Of a stretch of DNA of 37,742 nt, positions 18,851 to 28,509 are shown one piece after another (position 1 is the first letter of the stretch; every line of letters begins with the position of its first letter). The translations under genes were made by a program, and so were the position numbers. The stretch lies in contig JBCCNY010000001.1 of assembly GCA_039025595.1 (NCBI GenBank), positions 1 through 37,742 on the forward strand, given 5' to 3'. The notes under the pieces were generated by a model, which worked only from the letters and a program-made list of their open reading frames with translations, was not told the DNA's origin and made no database searches. Source of the DNA: Pseudomonadota bacterium (lineage in GTDB: Bacteria > Pseudomonadota > Alphaproteobacteria > Rhodobacterales > Rhodobacteraceae).

Positions 18851-20590
18851 ATGCAGCTAAGCAAAACCAGATTAGATGCCGGTCGCGAAGAATTGCTCGC
18901 TGCACGTCGGCAAAGTCGCTCTCTTTACTGGTTTGTCGGGGTGTTCAGTTTTTTCGTGAACCTCCTGATGCTGACAGGGCCGATCTATATGCTGCAGGTC
19001 TATGACCGCGTCTTGGGCAGCCGGTCGGTGGAAACGTTGCTCGCCTTATCGGTGCTGGTCCTGTTTCTTTACGGCATGATGGGACTGCTCGATTACGCAC
19101 GCGGTCGCGTGATGGGTCGCGTAGCCGCGCGGTTTCAGGCGCGCCTCGACCGTCGCGTTTTTGATGCTGTGGTGCGCAAGTCGGCACTGGCCCCGGATGA
19201 GCATAATGAGACCGGTCTGAGAGATCTCGAAGCGGTTCAACGACTGATGTCGTCGCCTGTCCTCATGGCCTTTTTTGATATTCCATGGACGCCGTTCTTT
19301 CTGTTCGCCATCTGGATATTTCATCCCTGGCTCGGCATTCTTGCTCTCTGTGGTGGGGCGGTTCTCGTATTGGTGACTGTTGTGAACCAGCTGGTTTCGA
19401 GGCGCCCATCGGCGAAATCCGCGCGCACATCGGCTGCAGCTGACGCACTCGCCACCCATATTCGCACCGAGTCAGAAACCGTTCAGTCACTTGGGATGCG
19501 TGATGCGGCCTTCGCGCGCTGGCGCAAACTGCGGGATCAATCCCTTGAGGCTCAGATCGGAGCCTCGGACCTGGTTGGTACATTTACAACAACAACCAAG
19601 ACTTTCCGGCTGTTTCTGCAATCGGCGATGCTGGGCCTAGGGGCATACCTCGTGTTGTTGAATGAACTGACACCGGGTGCGATGATCGCCGGCTCAATTC
19701 TGTTGGGTCGCGCCCTTGCACCAATCGAATTGGTCGTCGGGCAATGGCAACTTGTGCAGCGCGCAATGCAGGGCTGGCAGTCGCTGGTGGAACTGCTCGC
19801 ACTGGTCGCACCTGAACAACCGCGCACACCTCTGCCGAAACCTCGGGCCATTCTCGATGTTCAGCAGCTAACGGTTGTGCCCCCCGGCGAAAAGCAAGCC
19901 TCGCTTAAATCTGTGAGCTTCAAGGTCTTGCCGGGGCAAGCTGTCGGCGTGATCGGCCCATCGGGCGCGGGTAAATCGACACTGGCACGAGCCCTGACAG
20001 GGCTTTGGCGTCCAGCCGGTGGCAAAATCCGGATCGATGGCGCTGCGCTTGAGCAATTTGAACCGTCAATCCTCGGACAACATATCGGGTATCTGCCTCA
20101 GCGGGTTCAGCTTTTCGACGGTACGATTACCGAAAATATCTCACGTCTCGCCGAACATCCCGACGCCTCCATGGTGGTTGATGCGGCGAAGAAAGCCGAT
20201 GCGCACGACATGATCTTGAGGCTACCTGATGGGTATGACACGCGGGTAAGTCCGGGCGGTGGGCGCCTATCCGGAGGGCAAATGCAACGGATAGGTCTGG
20301 CGCGTGCGATGTATGGCGATCCGGTCGTACTGGTTTTGGACGAGCCCAACTCAAACCTCGACAATGAAGGCAGTGAGGCCGTCAACCGAGCGATCCGTGG
20401 CCTGAAGGAAGCTGGAAAGTCTGTGATGATAATGGCGCACCGGCCGGCGGCTATTCAGGAATGCGATGTCTTGCTGATGCTGGAAGGCGGCGCGTTGCGC
20501 GCGTTTGGCCCCAAGGAAGAAGTGCTGCAGCAAGTGGTCAAAAATGCCAAAGAGATCAAACAAGCGACCGGCCTCGGGGGCGTACGATAA
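18851..20590 (+). CDS. Type I secretion ABC permease/ATPase (PrtD/AprD family)
   Basis: YMLQVYDRVL, GPSGAGKST, LSGGQMQR, LDEPNSNLD; no N-terminal C39 domain. Confidence 0.95.
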   Translation: MQLSKTRLDAGREELLAARRQSRSLYWFVGVFSFFVNLLMLTGPIYMLQVYDRVLGSRSVETLLALSVLVLFLYGMMGLLDYARGRVMGRVAARFQARLDRRVFDAVVRKSALAPDEHNETGLRDLEAVQRLMSSPVLMAFFDIPWTPFFLFAIWIFHPWLGILALCGGAVLVLVTVVNQLVSRRPSAKSARTSAAADALATHIRTESETVQSLGMRDAAFARWRKLRDQSLEAQIGASDLVGTFTTTTKTFRLFLQSAMLGLGAYLVLLNELTPGAMIAGSILLGRALAPIELVVGQWQLVQRAMQGWQSLVELLALVAPEQPRTPLPKPRAILDVQQLTVVPPGEKQASLKSVSFKVLPGQAVGVIGPSGAGKSTLARALTGLWRPAGGKIRIDGAALEQFEPSILGQHIGYLPQRVQLFDGTITENISRLAEHPDASMVVDAAKKADAHDMILRLPDGYDTRVSPGGGRLSGGQMQRIGLARAMYGDPVVLVLDEPNSNLDNEGSEAVNRAIRGLKEAGKSVMIMAHRPAAIQECDVLLMLEGGALRAFGPKEEVLQQVVKNAKEIKQATGLGGVR

Positions 20591-21948
20591 TGTCCAAGAA
20601 AGTAGTGGGAGACTTAAAGGAAGCTCCGCAAACGCAATCTCAACCCGAGAGCGAAAGTCAGTCGTGGTCAGCCAGACGGCCTCTGACAATCGGTCTAATA
20701 GCTGCTGTGATTCTTTTAGGTGGCTTTGGCACCTGGGCGGCGTTGACCCAGATATCCGGGGCCATAATCGCCAATAGCCGAATCGAGGTCGATCAAAACC
20801 GTCAGGTTGTCCAGCATCCCGATGGCGGCGTAGTTGACGAGATCAACGTGGACGAAGGCGATGTTGTTGAGGCTGGTCAAGTTCTCGTCCGGCTCGACCC
20901 CAGTTCGCTGCGCTCTCAGCTCTCGATCACGGAAAGCCAACTTTTTGAGCTCATTGCCCGGCGCGGACGCCTGGAAGCCGAACGCGACGGACGCGAAGTG
21001 ATCGAATTTGATGATCTGCTCGTCGAGACGGCGGCCGGAAATCCCGATGTCGCGGATCTCATTGCCGGGCAGGAGCGCCTGATCGCGGCGCGCAGCGAAA
21101 CTGTGGCCCGCGAAATTTCTCAACTCGAAAAACGGCGTGGCCAGATCAGCGATCAGATCGTGGGCATCGAGGCGCAGCGCGTTGCGCTTGGCCAACAGCT
21201 CGATCTCATCGCCGAAGAACTGGCGGATCAGATCTCTTTGCTCGAGAAGGGTCTGGCGCAGGCCCCGCGCGTCCTCGCTTTGCAGCGCGAACAAGCCCGC
21301 CTGTCGGGTCAGATGGGAGAGCTTTCGGCGCAGGTGGCGCAAGCCGAGGGTCGGGTTACCGAAATCGATATCGAAATCCTCAAGCTGGATACGGGGCGCC
21401 GCGAAGAGGCGATAACAACCCTTCGCGATCTGCAATTCCGGGAGTTGGAACTCAGAGAAGAGCGTCGCGCGCTGATCGAACGCGTGGACCGCCTGGAGAT
21501 CTCATCGCCGGTGGGCGGTGTTGTCTACGGTTTGCAGGTGTTCGCCCTGCGTTCTGTTATTCGTCCGGCGGAGCCAATCCTATACGTTGTGCCGCAAGAC
21601 AGGCCCTTGGTGATAAACGCCCAAATTGAGACAACAGATATCGACAAGCTCTATCTTGGGCAGGATGTCACGCTGCGCTTTTCGGCGCTCGATCAGAACA
21701 CCACGCCCGAACTGGTGGGGCAGGTGGTTCAGATTTCCGCCGATGCCTTTCAAGAAGAGGGCTCGCAACTGAGCTATTATCGCGCCGAAATCAATCTGAG
21801 CGAGGGCGAACAAGAGCGGTTGCCTCAGGATGTCACGCTGATCCCCGGCATGCCGGTGGAGGCCTTTATTCGCACCGAAGATCGCACACCGATTGCCTAT
21901 CTAACCAAGCCGCTGACGGATTATTTCACGAAAGCATTCCGCGAATGA
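20590..21948 (+). CDS. HlyD family type I secretion membrane fusion protein (PrtE-like)
   Basis: VVQHPDGGVV, long coiled coil, LIPGMPVEAFI, YLTKPL; TAATG coupling with ABC gene. Confidence 0.95.
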   Translation: MSKKVVGDLKEAPQTQSQPESESQSWSARRPLTIGLIAAVILLGGFGTWAALTQISGAIIANSRIEVDQNRQVVQHPDGGVVDEINVDEGDVVEAGQVLVRLDPSSLRSQLSITESQLFELIARRGRLEAERDGREVIEFDDLLVETAAGNPDVADLIAGQERLIAARSETVAREISQLEKRRGQISDQIVGIEAQRVALGQQLDLIAEELADQISLLEKGLAQAPRVLALQREQARLSGQMGELSAQVAQAEGRVTEIDIEILKLDTGRREEAITTLRDLQFRELELREERRALIERVDRLEISSPVGGVVYGLQVFALRSVIRPAEPILYVVPQDRPLVINAQIETTDIDKLYLGQDVTLRFSALDQNTTPELVGQVVQISADAFQEEGSQLSYYRAEINLSEGEQERLPQDVTLIPGMPVEAFIRTEDRTPIAYLTKPLTDYFTKAFRE

Positions 21949-22034
21949 CGCCACTGACCGCTTGCATCCGCAGGCAAGGGAATTAGCCTGCGCGAAGAAG
22001 CACCGCGAAGGCTGCGACAGGGGAGGCCGCGATC

Positions 22035-22496
22035 ATGGGCAAATACGAATCCAAACTGGCTGAAATGAGCGTCGCTTTGCCCGACGCACCGGCACCTGCG
22101 GCGAACTATGTGCCCTATGTTCAGGTGGGCGATATGTTGTTTGTTTCTGGCCAGATCCCAAAGGAGGGCGACAAGCTCCACGTCGGCAAGTTAGGTCGCG
22201 ACATGGATACGACCTCCGGCGCAGCCGCGGCGAAGGTTTGCGCAATTGCGCTCCTTGCGCAGGTCAAGGCGGCCTGCGGCGGCGATCTGGACAGGCTTGT
22301 GCGGGTGGTGAAACTGACGGGTTTTGTGAACTCCACCGATGACTTTGGCGAGCAGCCAGCCGTTATTAACGGCGCGTCGGACTTTCTGGGGGAGGCGTTG
22401 GGCGCCGCCGGCCAGCATTCCCGATCGGCGGTGTCCGCTGCATCCCTACCGTTCGGCGTTGCGGTCGAAATCGAGGGCCTATTTCAAATCAAATGA
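22035..22496 (+). CDS. RidA/YjgF family protein
   Basis: PAPAANYVP, VSGQIP, INGASD, HSRSAV...LPFGVAVEIE. Confidence 0.92.
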   Translation: MGKYESKLAEMSVALPDAPAPAANYVPYVQVGDMLFVSGQIPKEGDKLHVGKLGRDMDTTSGAAAAKVCAIALLAQVKAACGGDLDRLVRVVKLTGFVNSTDDFGEQPAVINGASDFLGEALGAAGQHSRSAVSAASLPFGVAVEIEGLFQIK

Positions 22497-23260
22497 CTGC
22501 GCTGCCTGAGGCTTTTCTGAGTCTGCCTCTTGCTCATCGGGCGTTGCATGATGCGACCGAAGGCTGCCCGGAAAACTCGCAAGCCGCGGTCGCGGCAGCG
22601 ATCGACCGAGGCTACGGCATCGAAATCGACTTACAGCCGAGCCGCGATGGTGTCGCGATGGTCTTTCATGATTACCGACTTGACCGGCTGACCGCTGAGC
22701 AAGGTTTTGTTCGGGATCATGATGCCGACGCGCTGTCCGGCATTCCTTTAATCGGGGCCAATGAGGGCATACCGAGCCTAACCGAAGTTTTGGCGATGGT
22801 CGACGGACAGGTCCCACTCCTGATCGAATTGAAAGATCAACACGGTCAGATGGGGCCCAGCACGGGCGTTCTGGAGGAAGCGACAGCCCGCGCCTTGCAG
22901 GATTATCTGGGCCCTGTCGCGGTGATGTCGTTCAATCCGCATATGGTGGACAGGCTCGCGACATGTCTGCCAGATATACCGCGTGGTCTTGTCACATGCG
23001 GATACAGTGCCAAGCACTGGCCGAACCTGAATGACGAGACCCGAGCGCGGTTGCGTGAGATCCCGGATTACGATCGCGTGGGCGCGTCCTTTCTAAGCCA
23101 CGCGGTTCGGGATTTGACGCATCCGCGCGTGATCGAGCTGAAGGATCAAGGAGCTGTGATCCTGTGCTGGACTGTGCGGTCGCCCAGCGAAGAGGCGCAG
23201 GCGCGCGAAATTGCCGCGAATATCACCTTTGAGCATTACCTGCCGCCGCTGGACGCTTGA
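22493..23260 (+). CDS. Glycerophosphodiester phosphodiesterase family protein
   Basis: AHRALH, PENS, IEIDLQ, VFHD, IELK, WTVRS; ATGA overlap with ridA. Confidence 0.9.
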   Translation: MTALPEAFLSLPLAHRALHDATEGCPENSQAAVAAAIDRGYGIEIDLQPSRDGVAMVFHDYRLDRLTAEQGFVRDHDADALSGIPLIGANEGIPSLTEVLAMVDGQVPLLIELKDQHGQMGPSTGVLEEATARALQDYLGPVAVMSFNPHMVDRLATCLPDIPRGLVTCGYSAKHWPNLNDETRARLREIPDYDRVGASFLSHAVRDLTHPRVIELKDQGAVILCWTVRSPSEEAQAREIAANITFEHYLPPLDA

Positions 23261-23312
23261 AGCGCGGGGTCTGCGGTACAGGTTAGACAGTGCGCAGCAA
23301 CAAAGGTAGATC

Positions 23313-24500
23313 ATGGACGGCAGTTCAGTCAAAGTCACAGCCTGCGAAAGACTGGATGAGATAGGTCAGGAAGCTTGGGATGCCTGCGCCTGCCCTGAAA
23401 CAGAGCAGGGGGAGCGGCCGCGCGATCCCTTTACGACCTATCGGTTTCTCAAGGCGCTGGAAGACAGCCGCTCGGTCGGGGCGGGCACAGGTTGGCAGCC
23501 GCAATATCTCTCCGCGCGGTGGGATGATAAAGTCATTGCCTGTGCGCCCTGCTATGCCAAAGGCCATTCCCAAGGAGAATTTATTTTTGACCACAATTGG
23601 GCGCATGCCTACGAACGGGCCGGTGGGCGCTATTACCCCAAGCTACAGATCGCCGTGCCGTTCACGCCTGTCACCGGTCGTCGCTTCTTGGTGCGCCCGG
23701 GCTACGAAGACATCGGGCGCGACGCGCTGTTGCAACAGGCGGTGCATCTGGCAGACCGGTACAACCTTTCCTCGCTGCACGTCACCTTTTGCACGGAAGA
23801 CGAAAGCGAGACGCTGAGCTCTTTAGGGTTGCTGCCACGTGTAACGCAGCAGTTTCACTGGCTGAACGACGACTATGCGGATTTCGATTCCTTTCTGGCG
23901 ACGCTCAGTTCGCGCAAGCGCAAAAACCTGCGCAAGGAACGCGCGCAGGCGCAGGGCTTTGGCGGCGATATCGTTCAGCTCACCGGTGACGCGATCGAGC
24001 CTCGGCACTGGGATGCGTTCTGGGAGTTTTATCAGGATACGGGTGCGCGGAAATGGGGCATGCCGTATCTGACACGCAAATTCTTTGATCTTGCCCATGA
24101 CAGGCTGCGCGATGACATGCTTTTGGTGCTCGCGCTGCGGAACGACGTGCCTGTGGCTGCTGCGCTCAACTTCATCGGACGCGACGCGCTTTATGGCCGG
24201 TATTGGGGCTGCGGTGAGCATCATCCGGCGATGCACTTCGAATTGTGTTATTATCAGGCCATCGATTACGCCATAGCGCAGGGTCTGGCCCGCGTGGAGG
24301 CCGGGGCGCAAGGCGAACATAAGCTGGCGCGCGGCTACCTGCCGGCCCCCACCCATTCGGCGCATTGGATCCGCGACAGCGCTTTCAGCGATGCGGTGGA
24401 GCAGTATCTGGACGCAGAGCGCGGCGCGGTCATGCAGGATATTGAGGTGCTGACCAGTTATGGTCCCTTCAAGAAGGTTGATGTGGAGGAACAGCAATGA
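23313..24500 (+). CDS. FemAB-like GNAT family protein (DUF482-type)
   Basis: [60 protein letters not shown]. Confidence 0.92.
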   Translation: MDGSSVKVTACERLDEIGQEAWDACACPETEQGERPRDPFTTYRFLKALEDSRSVGAGTGWQPQYLSARWDDKVIACAPCYAKGHSQGEFIFDHNWAHAYERAGGRYYPKLQIAVPFTPVTGRRFLVRPGYEDIGRDALLQQAVHLADRYNLSSLHVTFCTEDESETLSSLGLLPRVTQQFHWLNDDYADFDSFLATLSSRKRKNLRKERAQAQGFGGDIVQLTGDAIEPRHWDAFWEFYQDTGARKWGMPYLTRKFFDLAHDRLRDDMLLVLALRNDVPVAAALNFIGRDALYGRYWGCGEHHPAMHFELCYYQAIDYAIAQGLARVEAGAQGEHKLARGYLPAPTHSAHWIRDSAFSDAVEQYLDAERGAVMQDIEVLTSYGPFKKVDVEEQQ

Positions 24501-24796
24501 ATGAACGTCTTAGCGACACGGCGCGCGAAACAACACTGGAGCCGCTGCTGGCCAATGGCTGGCAGATGGTCACGGATCGAGATGCGATCCGCAAAACGTT
24601 TGTGTTCGAGAATTTTATTGAGGCCTGGGGGTTCATGAGCCGGGCTGCGATATGGGCGGAGAAGTGGAACCATCACCCTGAATGGTCCAATGTTTACAAA
24701 ACGGTCGATGTCACGCTGACCACCCACGATGTAGACGGCCTCAGTACTTTGGATGCCAAGCTCGCCCGCAAGATGGATACGCTGGCGGACGGCTGA
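24497..24796 (+). CDS. phhB: Pterin-4-alpha-carbinolamine dehydratase
   Basis: NHHPEW and LTTHD signature; ATGA overlap with upstream gene. Confidence 0.93.
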   Translation: MNERLSDTARETTLEPLLANGWQMVTDRDAIRKTFVFENFIEAWGFMSRAAIWAEKWNHHPEWSNVYKTVDVTLTTHDVDGLSTLDAKLARKMDTLADG

Positions 24797-24824
24797 TCGG
24801 CAGGTCGGTCGCTTGAATTGATTG

Positions 24825-25313
24825 CTAGAGTTCAGCGAGCAGGTTTTCGCCTGCGCTCACCTCGCAAACGCCCGGGTTTTCGTCCACATGGATCACGGTG
24901 ACTGTGCCGTCATCCACAATCATCGCGCTGCGTTTCAACCGATCATAAAAGCCCACCGGTGGCGCCGTGAAATTCAGCCCAGTTGCTTTGGCAAATTCTG
25001 AGGCGCTATCGGCCAGCATGGTCAGCCCGGCTGCTTTAGCGCCTGTCGCGTCGGCCCAGCTATCGACGACGAACGGATCATTGACCGCCAGGCAGATGAT
25101 TTCGTCCACGCCCTTGGCCGCAAAGGCATCCTTGGTGCGGATAAAGCTGGGAACATGGGCATTGGTGCATGTCCCTGTATAAGCGCCGGGCAAGGCAAAG
25201 ATCACGACTTTGCGTCCCTTTGTTTTGTCGGAGAGCTTCACCTCTTCGGGGCCGCTTTCCCCAATCGTGAGGAGCGTGGCATCGGGAAGGCTGTCGCCGG
25301 TGGAAATCGTCAT
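24825..25313 (-). CDS. Peroxiredoxin, PRX5-like
   Basis: PGAYTGTCT peroxidatic motif, VNDPFV, C-terminal GVCEVS; start ATG 25313. Confidence 0.93.
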   Translation of the reverse strand: MTISTGDSLPDATLLTIGESGPEEVKLSDKTKGRKVVIFALPGAYTGTCTNAHVPSFIRTKDAFAAKGVDEIICLAVNDPFVVDSWADATGAKAAGLTMLADSASEFAKATGLNFTAPPVGFYDRLKRSAMIVDDGTVTVIHVDENPGVCEVSAGENLLAEL

Positions 25314-25400
25314 GATCTGATCCTGTCTGTCGATTGTGATTGACTGTGGATGCAAGATAGGATCGACCGGACTAAGTGCCACGAAAAGGTGAGGAAAACC

Positions 25401-26606
25401 ATGTCAGGTGTGGTGATTGTCGGGGCCGGGCAGGCCGGAAGTTCATGCGCCGCGAAGCTGCGCGCCCTGGGATATGAGGGCGATGTCACGTTGATCGGGG
25501 AAGAACCTGTTTTGCCCTATCAGCGTCCGCCCTTGTCGAAAAAGTACCTGCTTGGGGAAATGGACCTCGACCGCCTCTATCTGCGGCCACAGAGCTTTTA
25601 CGAAGATAATAGCATTTCGCTGCGGCTTGGTGCGCGGGTGAGTGGTGTCGACGCCAGCGGCAAGAATGTGCAAATCGGGGATGACGCGCTGAGCTATGAT
25701 CACCTCGTTCTGACCACCGGGTCCTATCCGAGGACACTGCCGCCCGAGATGGGCGGGGATCTCGAAGGTGTGTACCTGGTGCGTGATTTGGCGGATGTCG
25801 ACAAGATGGCGCCGGAGTTTCGCGACGGTGCACATGTTCTGGTCGTGGGCGGTGGCTATATCGGGTTGGAGGCCGCGGCAGTAGCGGCTGGCAAAGGGTT
25901 GCGCGTGACCCTCATTGAAGCGGCGGACAGAATTCTGCAGCGCGTGGCCTCGCCTGAAACCTCTGACTTTTTTCGGGATCTTCACCAAGGCCACGGCGTC
26001 GAGATCCGCGAGAATGCCAAGCTCGACACCCTCTTGGGCGACGGGCGCGTGAGTGGGGCTCGACTGACCGACGGTAGCGAGATGGCGGTCGATTTTGTCG
26101 TGGTGGGGATCGGGATTGCACCGGCAAGCGCGCTGGCCGAAGCGGCGGGGGCTGAGACCGAGAATGGCATCAAGGTCGATGATAAGGGACAGACCAGTGT
26201 GCCCGGTATCTGGGCTGCGGGTGATTGCGCCTCCTTTCCTCATGCAGGAACGCGGCTTCGGCTCGAAAGCGTGCCGAACGCAATCGATATGGCTGATTGT
26301 GTGGCCGAGAACATTATGGGCGCTGCAAAGACCTATGTGCCGCAACCGTGGTTCTGGTCGGATCAGTATGATGTGAAGCTTCAGATCGCGGGTCTGAACA
26401 CCGGGTATGACGCGGTTGTCACGCGGCAGGGCAAGGGAGGCGTTTCCTTCTGGTATTACCGCGGTTCGGACTTGCTCGCCGTGGATGCGGCCAACGATGC
26501 GCGGGCCTACATGATCGGCAAACGTCTGATTGACGCGGGAAAGACCGCTGATCCGACGGCCGTGGCGGATCCGGACGCGGATTTGCGCGTTTTTCTTAAA
26601 GCGTAA
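25401..26606 (+). CDS. NAD(P)/FAD-dependent oxidoreductase (ferredoxin reductase-like)
   Basis: GAGQAG, YQRPPLSK, GGGYIGLE, WAAGDC, PWFWSDQYD. Confidence 0.93.
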   Translation: MSGVVIVGAGQAGSSCAAKLRALGYEGDVTLIGEEPVLPYQRPPLSKKYLLGEMDLDRLYLRPQSFYEDNSISLRLGARVSGVDASGKNVQIGDDALSYDHLVLTTGSYPRTLPPEMGGDLEGVYLVRDLADVDKMAPEFRDGAHVLVVGGGYIGLEAAAVAAGKGLRVTLIEAADRILQRVASPETSDFFRDLHQGHGVEIRENAKLDTLLGDGRVSGARLTDGSEMAVDFVVVGIGIAPASALAEAAGAETENGIKVDDKGQTSVPGIWAAGDCASFPHAGTRLRLESVPNAIDMADCVAENIMGAAKTYVPQPWFWSDQYDVKLQIAGLNTGYDAVVTRQGKGGVSFWYYRGSDLLAVDAANDARAYMIGKRLIDAGKTADPTAVADPDADLRVFLKA

Positions 26607-26615
26607 GGGCAAGAT

Positions 26616-27173
26616 TTGCGGATCGTCGGCGGCGCGTTTGGCGGTCGAAAACTGGCCCCGCTTGGCAAAGGGGATCCAAGCGCGCAACTGCGTCCGACAT
26701 CGGATCGTATGCGCGAGAGCCTCTTCAATGTTCTGAGCGCAAGCTATGCCGATGATCTCGACGCGGCGCGAGTTCTCGATCTCTATGCGGGCACGGGCTC
26801 TTTGGGACTTGAGGCGCTGTCGCGCGGGGCGACCGAGGCGGTCTTTGTCGAAACCGGGAGGACGGCACTGAGGCTCTTGCGCGACAACATCCGCCGCTGC
26901 GAGATGGGTGCCCAATCGCAGGTTATGGTCCGCGACGCGCGTCGTCTGGGGCCGGTACGTGACACGCCGTTTGATCTCATCTTCCTTGATCCACCATACC
27001 GGCGAGACCTAGGGGAAGCCGCGTTGAAGACCGCGCTTTCAGAGGGCTGGATCGCCCGGGGGGCCTTGATCCTCTGGGAGGAAGGTGGCGCCGTTTCCGC
27101 ACCACCGCAGATCTCTTTGCTGGATGAACGGCGCGCCGGTGACAGCTGGCTGCGGATCTACCGGCACACCTAG
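26616..27173 (+). CDS. rsmD: 16S rRNA m2G966 methyltransferase
   Basis: MRIVGG, LRPTSDRMRESLFN, DLYAGTGSLGLEALSRG, DPPY; TTG start. Confidence 0.95.
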   Translation: MRIVGGAFGGRKLAPLGKGDPSAQLRPTSDRMRESLFNVLSASYADDLDAARVLDLYAGTGSLGLEALSRGATEAVFVETGRTALRLLRDNIRRCEMGAQSQVMVRDARRLGPVRDTPFDLIFLDPPYRRDLGEAALKTALSEGWIARGALILWEEGGAVSAPPQISLLDERRAGDSWLRIYRHT

Positions 27174-28384
27174 CCGCGCATCAAATCCGGAACATCGCCG
27201 GTGAGACCGGCCGCCTCGCGGATCATCGCCCGGCGCAAGGACGGCACGGCGTTGATGGCGCCCATTCCAAGATCGCGCATACAGCGCAGAAGCGGATTAT
27301 CGTTGGAAAACAGGCGGTTTGTCAGATCCGTGGTCAGCGCCAGCGTTGTTGTGTCAAACCGGCGCCATTGCTGATAGCGCGCGAGCACAGCAGGACCTGC
27401 GATATCCTCGCCCCGTTGCAGGGCCTCGGTGAGCACTTGTGCCAGAGCGGCCACGTCGCGCATTCCCGCATTCAGTCCCTGTCCCGCAATCGGGTGGATT
27501 CCATGAGCCGCGTCGCCCACCAAAACGGTGCGATCGGCAACGAAACTGTTCGCGATGCTCAGCGACAGCGGATAGCTGAACCGATCACCACGCAAAGAGA
27601 TGTCACCGAGAAAATCGCCGAAGCGTGGGCGTAGAACTTCAACAAATTCAGCATCGCTCAGTGCTTCGAAATCAGCTGCGGTGCGGGCGTTTTCGGACCA
27701 AACGATTGAGCTGACATTGCCGGGCAGCGGCAGGATCGCCAACGGCCCCGGCGGCATAAAGAACTGATGTGCGATACCCGCATGAGGTTGCTCATGCGCA
27801 ACGCAGGCGACCAGCGCTGTCTGATCATAGCCCCAACCGGTTCGTGTGATGCCCGCGCGCGCCGCCGTCGCTGAGCCGCGCCCATCGCACCCGACAATCA
27901 GCTTGGCCTCAACAGGTGTCCCGTTTTCTAGGGTCAGCGTCACGCCAGAAACCTCAGCCCGTTGATCGGTCACGCTGTCGGTGATTGTTGTGATCGACCC
28001 GTTGTCTTTGATGGCTTCCAGTAGGGCGCGGCGCAGAAAGCGGTTTTCGCACATGTGACCCATTGGTCCCTCTTCGATCTCGGCATGATCGAAATTGAGG
28101 AAAAAGGGGGCAGCCCCTTCGCCTGCGCGGCCATCACTAACCCTGATCTTCAAGATCGGTTGCGCTTTATCGGCAATGAGGTTCCATATTCCCAGGGCTT
28201 GCAGCATCCTGACAGACGTCAACGCCAGAGCCGAGGCGCGTCCATCAAAAGCTGCATTCTTGCGGATCGTTGCAGGGGCCTTATCGATCACGCAGATCGA
28301 CAGTCCGGCGCGTGCCAGAGCGAGCGCAAGAGTTGGACCTGTGATGCCGCCGCCGACAATTGCGATGTCAAATGTCTGGGTCAT
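27170..28384 (-). CDS. UbiH/UbiL family FAD-dependent ubiquinone hydroxylase
   Basis: GGGITG, DGRASAL, VGCDG, GDAAHGIHPIAGQGLN; start ATG 28384. Confidence 0.92.
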   Translation of the reverse strand: MTQTFDIAIVGGGITGPTLALALARAGLSICVIDKAPATIRKNAAFDGRASALALTSVRMLQALGIWNLIADKAQPILKIRVSDGRAGEGAAPFFLNFDHAEIEEGPMGHMCENRFLRRALLEAIKDNGSITTITDSVTDQRAEVSGVTLTLENGTPVEAKLIVGCDGRGSATAARAGITRTGWGYDQTALVACVAHEQPHAGIAHQFFMPPGPLAILPLPGNVSSIVWSENARTAADFEALSDAEFVEVLRPRFGDFLGDISLRGDRFSYPLSLSIANSFVADRTVLVGDAAHGIHPIAGQGLNAGMRDVAALAQVLTEALQRGEDIAGPAVLARYQQWRRFDTTTLALTTDLTNRLFSNDNPLLRCMRDLGMGAINAVPSLRRAMIREAAGLTGDVPDLMRG

Positions 28385-28509
28385 GGCGCAAATATGCGGG
28401 ACCCGTCTTGTTTGTCCATGCGCCTTAGTGACCTTCAGTGGGCGTGCCGTGACTTGAATGTATGAAAGTGATCTGCGTTCATGAAACGTAGGAAAAAGAC
28501 GAGGCGACG

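Noticed and set aside
25443-26915. 490-aa antisense ORF
   Set aside because: Lies opposite the oxidoreductase and rsmD, no motifs; typical shadow ORF of GC-rich coding DNA.
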